Source of the DNA: Candidatus Taylorbacteria bacterium RIFCSPHIGHO2_01_FULL_46_22b
Lineage (GTDB): Bacteria; Patescibacteriota; Minisyncoccia; Phycocordibacterales; DSPV01
Direction: 5' to 3'
DNA length: 59,487 nt
Assembly (NCBI GenBank): GCA_001820875.1
Contig: MHRF01000007.1
Coordinates: forward strand, 59,318-118,804
In this document: positions 55,001 through 59,487 of the stretch, in pieces
Position numbering within the stretch: the first letter of the stretch is position 1
Layout: the number at the start of each line of letters is the position of its first letter
The notes under the pieces: model-generated
Seen by the model: the letters and a program-made list of their open reading frames with translations, nothing else
What the model was told of the DNA's origin: nothing
Database searches by the model: none
Position numbers and translations under genes: made by a program

Positions 55001-56956
55001 ATATGTGAAGTTGCTGCGGACATTTTGGAGGATGCTTTGATAATTCCAGAAATGGATTACGATATTTACGTTTCAAAGCTTGCGGAATACATGCTACTTA
55101 CTGAAGCGACTTGTTCGATTGAAGATGAATCGGAAGAAGCTTTTAGCGATTTGGAAATTTTGCCGGTATCTGAATCGGTTGCTGTATCAGGAACAGAAAT
55201 ATATGCTGTTGATCTTGATCTGTCAGGAATTTCCGGTATTGATTTGGTTGTTGATGGGACTGTGGTAAGCACGGATTCGTCTGGACCGTGGAATTTGAGT
55301 TTTGCTAGCACTAATTTCTCAAACGGGATTCATACGGTATATGCAGTTATACGAACATCTTCGGGGGCATCTCTGAATACAAAATCAGTGCCAATAACCA
55401 TAAACAATAGTACCTCACTCTATTCCTTGTTGATCGATGATTCGGAGACAGGAACAGTGAAGTGTAATAACGTTTCTTGTCCAGCTACGGTAGCTCAAGG
55501 TAGCCAAGTGACTTTAACGGCCCACCCTGATTCAGGTTTTGTTTTTAGCGCTTGGACGGTTTCTCCCTCTCTCCCTGGGACATGTGCAGGCATTCTTTCT
55601 GGGACATTGTCGTGTACTTTTACTATGGATAGCAATAAAACAGTAGGTGCACGTTTTGTTCCTGCTGGAACAGGGGTTTCTAATCCACCACAAAACCCTC
55701 CCGTTGAACCCGCACCAATCCTTAATAAAGTTGCGCCACAATTCATTAGTGGGTCGTACCGCCCACGTTATGTGGCAGGTACGACCAATCAGTCAGTTGT
55801 TATGGGGTTTGTATATCCATCTCCGACATTTCCAATAGCAAGAACTGTTGAAATTGAACGTTCTGACAGTTCCCAGCCTGTCTTTCAGAAAGTCGGCGAA
55901 GTTGCATTAAGTTCGGGTATAACCAGCGATTCTTACGAAGATAAGACCATAGTCCCTACACATGCGTATACGTACCGCCTTCGTGCACTTTATTCAGATG
56001 GCAGTTATTCCAATTACTCTCTTCCCATTTCTGTGATGACATACCCACACCCGACAGAGGCGCCAACTCTTTACCTTAGAGCAGAATCAGACAGTCGGAT
56101 GTCTCTGTATTGGACGATACCAACGACCGAAGGAATAAAATCCTATACTATTTTAGACAAAGCAAATAATCCACCCCTAGTCCAAAATATTTCTCCTACT
56201 ACTTCAGATTATTCAATAACAGGACTCAAAAGTGACACAAGATATTGCTACATTCTTCAACCTATCGCGATTTACGGGACGGGATTTTATGGTGGTGCGC
56301 CGCCCAGTTCTTCCGTGTGCACTAAAACTCTTAAAGTCGGAGAAACAGCCCCCTTGCCACAAGGACCTGGACCCGATCCGCGCGAGAGGTCAGTCAGTGT
56401 GGGTATAAGTGGGGGAGCAGAAGGAACTCATTATAGTCCATATGACATCATGCATATATCGTTTTCTGCATCTGAAGGTGTCGAGAATGTCATTATTTCT
56501 GTGGGGAACCAACAATTCACCTTATTAGTACCGGCAGGTGGCAGTGGTACATTTGATTGGACTATTCCTGAAACATTCCAACCGGGGAACTACATGTTGA
56601 GTGCCGTTCCCCAAGGAGGGGGGAATACTACCATTGTTCCATTTGTGATTGTGGGACAGGCTGCGGGGGAGGGACAACAAAATCAAAATCCAGCTATCAA
56701 TAATCCTGTCTCTTCGAACGATGTATACCAGTTTCTTGCAACTGCACTCAAGACGTTAGTCAAAATCCTTCTCCCAGTCATAGTTATATTTTATGTAGTG
56801 GTAGGTCTCATGTTTATTCTTGCTCGAGGTGATTCAGAAAAACTAGCACTTGCTAAGATGGCGTTTCTCTACACAACGATTGGTACCGGCATTGTTTTGA
56901 GTGCGTGGCTCTTGGCTGATGTTATCAAAAATACCATCAACGTGATTTCAAGTTAG
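52097..56956 (+). CDS. giant multidomain surface protein: M64-like metallopeptidase motif, IPT/Ig, possible alpha/beta-hydrolase, InlB B-repeat-like, FN3-like, C-terminal pilin-like anchor
   Basis: Signal/TM N-terminus. VIHEMGHAIGNLDDEYY resembles the M64 HExxH...DEY motif. The SLSMGS nucleophile-elbow-like motif is present. FN3-like YTYRLRALY and TRYCYILQP. The C-terminus matches that of 39916-42120. A GTG at 52073 is an alternative start. Confidence 0.85.
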   Translation: MFRIAYTIVVFAIQNSSYLISRSAVLIGTIFLAFFVFFITPFSTHAAIVNFDDLSRTYRSSSPIPTSYGGLNWSGFRYTTTADYSTIPSGRSVAATSLPNAIFYDAVISPHAISSLENFDLISAKLTSVWKDNLQVNARGYSDGVLKYNNTYTLSATTPVQIDFNFTGINRVEFVPSGGVQHYAFIPNPADATDFYIDDLTYSVNNCVKLELDIGGNGPKKIVFMRGDGWNSSVNDFLSNAKIIRDRLLTIEPFETYQGQFSFYADLKKHSQSSSFTGSSDFVKSQSSCGTDGFTYVYFFQDANREAWSIQGKGVSFLDYPHFVEDPLDVIHEMGHAIGNLDDEYYSSTYTPAFPPEETNCASDPFDTYRNPVTNRMYGAAQQVGCYYKNDTYYRANDESLMGNNYDSSKIDIPANKFNVPSCARLVVAIKGETPTKANAAQYWPECFVLDTAKNSIPPILPAPIISSITGGPPGGMATMKGSGFTQTGNSVQFISPVDGGIFETTNVPSSDGTTLTFTVPANLPTLSPSSSGYSFKAGALNSPWSNQLNLPSLPNLGMYREKFSKLQTSILVAIDSLKKKQTAALANLKAGEVQRGNPQIDVPLQLLTRMKKNLETDANGSLKDQAGMVRFFTYFKSLSNYTDLALAEVFLRTNELAGFSYLFPPSPDKPILISLPGSGGEGGWRGSFELLQGEASKFNIVVYTYDSATLTSGEMTDIFIAKFVSNKLHERNPVIVSLSMGSTLIHSAILRDVSGGSSVFSNSYVVSTGLLPGGAAEFLGWMKIFVPLAPYAYPISRGTINVMNPTNPIYVDIANNMPRIASKTKGISYIQAQFDHHTDPEVQGTTYASNRDKTLAGMADVVNVVPPKKYINNKNQIEQNNDHINLLYATEVKNKISYYRNLLENSSPLNAKELPIASGRSISRWLMGIVQNLGAHLSLDKHVLVASAQSPEDPNFIPSFFGGPDQDICEVAADILEDALIIPEMDYDIYVSKLAEYMLLTEATCSIEDESEEAFSDLEILPVSESVAVSGTEIYAVDLDLSGISGIDLVVDGTVVSTDSSGPWNLSFASTNFSNGIHTVYAVIRTSSGASLNTKSVPITINNSTSLYSLLIDDSETGTVKCNNVSCPATVAQGSQVTLTAHPDSGFVFSAWTVSPSLPGTCAGILSGTLSCTFTMDSNKTVGARFVPAGTGVSNPPQNPPVEPAPILNKVAPQFISGSYRPRYVAGTTNQSVVMGFVYPSPTFPIARTVEIERSDSSQPVFQKVGEVALSSGITSDSYEDKTIVPTHAYTYRLRALYSDGSYSNYSLPISVMTYPHPTEAPTLYLRAESDSRMSLYWTIPTTEGIKSYTILDKANNPPLVQNISPTTSDYSITGLKSDTRYCYILQPIAIYGTGFYGGAPPSSSVCTKTLKVGETAPLPQGPGPDPRERSVSVGISGGAEGTHYSPYDIMHISFSASEGVENVIISVGNQQFTLLVPAGGSGTFDWTIPETFQPGNYMLSAVPQGGGNTTIVPFVIVGQAAGEGQQNQNPAINNPVSSNDVYQFLATALKTLVKILLPVIVIFYVVVGLMFILARGDSEKLALAKMAFLYTTIGTGIVLSAWLLADVIKNTINVISS

Positions 56957-57011
56957 TAGGGGAGCGGGTTTGGTTGATGAGATCCAGAAAATCTGGTACA
57001 GTCTTTTTACT

Positions 57012-57085
57012 GCGGTCGTAGCTCAGCTGGTTAGAGCGCTCCCCTGTCACGGGAGAGGTCGCCGGTTCAAATCCGGTCGACCGCG
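57012..57085 (+). tRNA. tRNA-Asp, anticodon GUC
   Basis: Folded by hand: acceptor GCGGTCG/CGACCGC, anticodon loop CTGTCAC, T-arm GCCGG-TTCAAAT-CCGGT, discriminator G. Confidence 0.9.
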
Positions 57086-57120
57086 CAAGCAAATCGCCGA
57101 AAGGCGATTTTTGCTTGCGC
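57083..57120 (+). terminator. long terminator hairpin overlapping the tRNA-Asp 3' end (repeat copy 1)
   Basis: GCGCAAGCAAATCGCC-GAAA-GGCGATTTTTGCTTGCGC. Its first 33 nt recur at 58012-58044. Confidence 0.65.
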
Positions 57121-57163
57121 GGTTGGAGCGAGCAAACTGCTTTGCTCGCGTCCGGATTTGAAC
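57118..57163. repeat. inverted copy of the tRNA-Asp T-arm/acceptor, split by an inserted hairpin
   Basis: CGCGGT, then the insert TGGAGCGAGCAAACTGCTTTGCTCGCGT, then CCGGATTTGAAC. The reverse complement of the tRNA 3' end is CGCGGTCGACCGGATTTGAAC. Confidence 0.6.
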
Positions 57164-57260
57164 AAGCGGAGACATGTCGCTTGCGACAGGCGAGCTCGGG
57201 GAGGAAGTTCTTAGTAAAATTGAGTTTGCAGAACGAAAATTTTACTTAGAAACTTGACCC

Positions 57261-57279
57261 TCAAATCCGGTCGACCGCG
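57261..57279 (+). repeat. 19-nt direct copy of the tRNA-Asp 3' end
   Basis: TCAAATCCGGTCGACCGCG, identical to 57067-57085. Confidence 0.85.
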
Positions 57280-57349
57280 TCAAATAACCGTAGATTGGTT
57301 CAAGACACACACATGGTGACGACATACGTGTCTTGCTATAATCAAAGCG

Positions 57350-57916
57350 ATGAAAAAGGAGATGCCGGTCGCAATCATTATTTATGGAATGGTTGCAGTG
57401 GGTAAACTCACTGTCGCAAAAGCTCTTCAAAAGGAGCTTGGATACAAACTTACGCACAATCATCTCGTAAGCGATTTGGTCTGGAGCATCTTTGACCGAG
57501 GAACTCTAGAAGGGAACCGTCTTATTGAGAGACTTCGCTATGAGTTATACGAGGAGGCAATCAATCAAGGAGTGAGTGTAATAATCACACATTGCTATTC
57601 TCATGACTACGTCTCTCCTACAGGACTCTCCGACCCAGATTATTTGAAAACGCTTGAAGAAAAGTTAGAAGCTTCCGGTGCAAAGACACTATTTATCCAT
57701 TTGCAGGCCGACAATCAAGTGCTCCTCGAACGAGTGCAGGGAGAATCAAGACATGAGTACAGGAAACTCACAGATGTGGCAAAGATGTCAGAGTACCTAG
57801 AGGATAAAAAACTTGATGTCAGGACGTCAGCGCCAGTCAAGAACAATTTAGTGATAGATAATACGAACATGTCAGTGGAAGATGTAGTCAAGCTAATCCG
57901 AACAGCAGTAATGTAG
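57350..57916 (+). CDS. P-loop kinase-like ATPase (AAA_33-type)
   Basis: Walker A YGMVAVGKLT near the N-terminus. 188 aa, with the size and layout of small nucleotide or antibiotic kinases. Confidence 0.65.
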   Translation: MKKEMPVAIIIYGMVAVGKLTVAKALQKELGYKLTHNHLVSDLVWSIFDRGTLEGNRLIERLRYELYEEAINQGVSVIITHCYSHDYVSPTGLSDPDYLKTLEEKLEASGAKTLFIHLQADNQVLLERVQGESRHEYRKLTDVAKMSEYLEDKKLDVRTSAPVKNNLVIDNTNMSVEDVVKLIRTAVM

Positions 57917-58011
57917 TTATGAGTTCGGTGGTGTGATATTGGGAATATATATATGCACTGTCCTTCAGTCAGTGTCTTTCTTATCTTAGTTCCAACAGCG
58001 TCCACTACGGT

Positions 58012-58061
58012 GCGCAAGCAAATCGCCGAAAGGCGATTTTTGCTCGCGTTCGGCTTTGAAC
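58012..58061 (+). repeat. second copy of the tRNA-Asp trailer hairpin plus degenerate inverted T-arm
   Basis: GCGCAAGCAAATCGCCGAAAGGCGATTTTTGCT, then CGCGTTCGGCTTTGAAC. Compare GCGTCCGGATTTGAAC at 57148-57163. Confidence 0.7.
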
Positions 58062-58311
58062 CCCCCTTCTTTCCCCTAGGGGAAAGTTTGAAATCGGAGG
58101 CACCTATTTTTGCTTGAATATAAGCTGCTACTTTAGTTTTAAGGAGTGTAATAATTGTGGGCCTGCAACGGCGAATGTTATAGCCACACATGTAATAAGT
58201 TCGTCATCTTGTCCTTTTGAACACCATTCTTCATGAATAAATCATCCGCATGAGGGTGCTATAAGATTATAAAAGGAGTTTTTATGGTCGGAAATATAAG
58301 TTTAAATATAT

Positions 58312-58788
58312 ATGCAGATGAATAATAAAAATATAATTATTACCATTCTTGTTCTCATCGTACTTGGGTTCGCTGGTTATTTCTTATTTGCCGCTGGAGA
58401 TGCATCAAAAGAAATTTCATCCACCACATCAACAAATTCTAATTCAAATCCACCAGCTATTCCACAAGAAAAGCCGGATGCCCCTATTGTGCAGACTGAT
58501 TCAGATGTTAGTCCGTCAAATTCAACTGCTATAGCGAAGGGTCGGGTAACTCCGAATGGTGCTCTAACGGATTTTTGGTTCGAGTACAGTGAAGATTCAC
58601 TACTGGGGAATATCATTGGTACCGTTACGCCAACTCAATCTGCAAGCAATGGTCTAAACTCGATTGCCATATCTGCTTCTGTCGGAGATTTAAGTGATAA
58701 CACAAGGTATTTCTATCGGGTAGTAGGGAGAAATCAGTACGGCACTGTTCGAGGAGATGTTGTTTCATTTAGAACAAGACCTGAATAA
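58312..58788 (+). CDS. membrane-anchored extracytoplasmic protein with an FN3-like domain
   Basis: N-terminal TM helix, an S/T/N-rich linker and a beta-rich domain (TRYFYRVVGRNQYG). Confidence 0.6.
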   Translation: MQMNNKNIIITILVLIVLGFAGYFLFAAGDASKEISSTTSTNSNSNPPAIPQEKPDAPIVQTDSDVSPSNSTAIAKGRVTPNGALTDFWFEYSEDSLLGNIIGTVTPTQSASNGLNSIAISASVGDLSDNTRYFYRVVGRNQYGTVRGDVVSFRTRPE

Positions 58789-59045
58789 TCTCGAGATAAA
58801 TTCAAAGTTACTGTTAACATCAGATTGCCAAATAGAAATAAGGTCGGTACGTTGTGCCGACCTGATTGAGTTCGTTGGGTTTATGCGAGTTCTGCCGAGA
58901 AGATGATTCCTGGGGCAATTTCAACCCCGCATTTGGTGAACAGCGCCATGCTCGCCTTGTTGTGAGGCTGAATCCATGCAAAACAGAGAATTGTTTTTCC
59001 ATACTTTTTCTGCTAGCGTTGATAGTGAAAGGAGACCGATGTCCC

Positions 59046-59487
59046 ATGAAACTCCACCTAATTGTTCTCCCTTTGCTCGTTGTTCTTTTCACCGGATGCA
59101 GGTCGATGACCACTCATCGTCCCTACGCTCATCAGCCTGTCGTTCGTACCAATCTTACTCCCTACCAGTGGGAGTGGATTAGAGTGTATCGCTGGGCGCG
59201 GGGGATAGTGACTGACACGCTCAAACTTCCTCGCACAATCTCTTCTGAAGAAGTAAGAGTGAATGTTGCTCGTTTGCTCCACGCGCCGGAAAATACGAGT
59301 TGGGAAACTATCTTGGTTCACCCGAGCCTCAAGCAATACGTTGTTCACCTCACAGAATCTCGGCGCTTGAGAATGAATCGCATCTTTGAACTTCCGCCTG
59401 ATACCTCATGGGTTGATCTCATGAGATTTGCGGAGTATTGGAGAATGCGTACCTCACTGGATCAGAAAAAGACTCGCATGCACCTTC
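59046..59487 (+). CDS. lipoprotein, partial (runs off the window end)
   Basis: The ATG lies 11 nt after AAAGGAG. MKLHLIVLPLLVVLFTGC carries a lipobox. The frame stays open for 147 codons to the end of the window. It is missing from the ORF track because no stop codon is present. Confidence 0.5.
   Translation, partial: MKLHLIVLPLLVVLFTGCRSMTTHRPYAHQPVVRTNLTPYQWEWIRVYRWARGIVTDTLKLPRTISSEEVRVNVARLLHAPENTSWETILVHPSLKQYVVHLTESRRLRMNRIFELPPDTSWVDLMRFAEYWRMRTSLDQKKTRMHL

Noticed and set aside
57715-58191. 158-aa minus-strand ORF
   Set aside because: It is antisense to the end of the P-loop kinase gene and runs through the duplicated tRNA-Asp trailer hairpin. Its composition does not look like protein.
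58820-59348. Minus-strand ORFs 58820-59113 and 59058-59348
   Set aside because: A plus-strand frame from ATG 59046 has an RBS and a lipoprotein signal peptide, and it stays open to the window end. The minus-strand ORFs are its shadows.

Overview
This 59.5-kb window looks like it comes from a small-genome, uncultivated bacterium. The gene content resembles CPR/Patescibacteria, but that placement is inference only. It has three parts.

(1) 1-12.6 kb, mostly housekeeping: a small ORF and lexA behind a promoter carrying an SOS box, ssrA (tmRNA) with smpB, ftsH, tRNA-Ile(UAU), recG, a secreted lamin-tail-domain protein, a lipoprotein and a PhnB/VOC-like protein.

(2) About 12.7-30.7 kb, an accessory block next to tRNA-Ser(GCU). 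It opens with a tight four-gene operon: LexA-like S24 repressor, 3-TM protein, ThsB-like TIR protein, SEC-C protein. A phage packaging-module remnant follows (ParB-methyltransferase, second methyltransferase, TerS-like, TerL). Then come a GT4 glycosyltransferase, a P-type ATPase, a run of membrane proteins, a NucS-like/PD-(D/E)xK protein, a large serine recombinase, and a DUF2726-like nuclease overlapping an unknown gene.

(3) 30.9-59.5 kb: comFC, then a complete type IV pilus cluster (pilM, N-like, O-like, pilB, a CheY-like receiver, pilT, pilC, major pilin, pilD, four minor pilins). After it come ligA, a GrpB-family gene and gatCA. Two giant surface proteins (734 and about 1620 aa) share a C-terminal two-helix pilin-like anchor. 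This part also holds three tRNAs and a partial lipoprotein gene at the window edge.

The best candidate for an undescribed system is the repressor/3TM/TIR/SEC-C operon at 12999-15354. It resembles Thoeris but has no recognisable ThsA-type effector.

A second, window-wide oddity: ssrA and four of the five tRNA genes (not the initiator-like one) are accompanied by partial direct and inverted copies of their own T-arm/acceptor 3' segment, mostly placed around terminator hairpins; the tRNA-Ser copy lies 18 kb away. One associated two-hairpin motif occurs twice with compensatory stem changes.

No rRNA, CRISPR array or transposase was seen.
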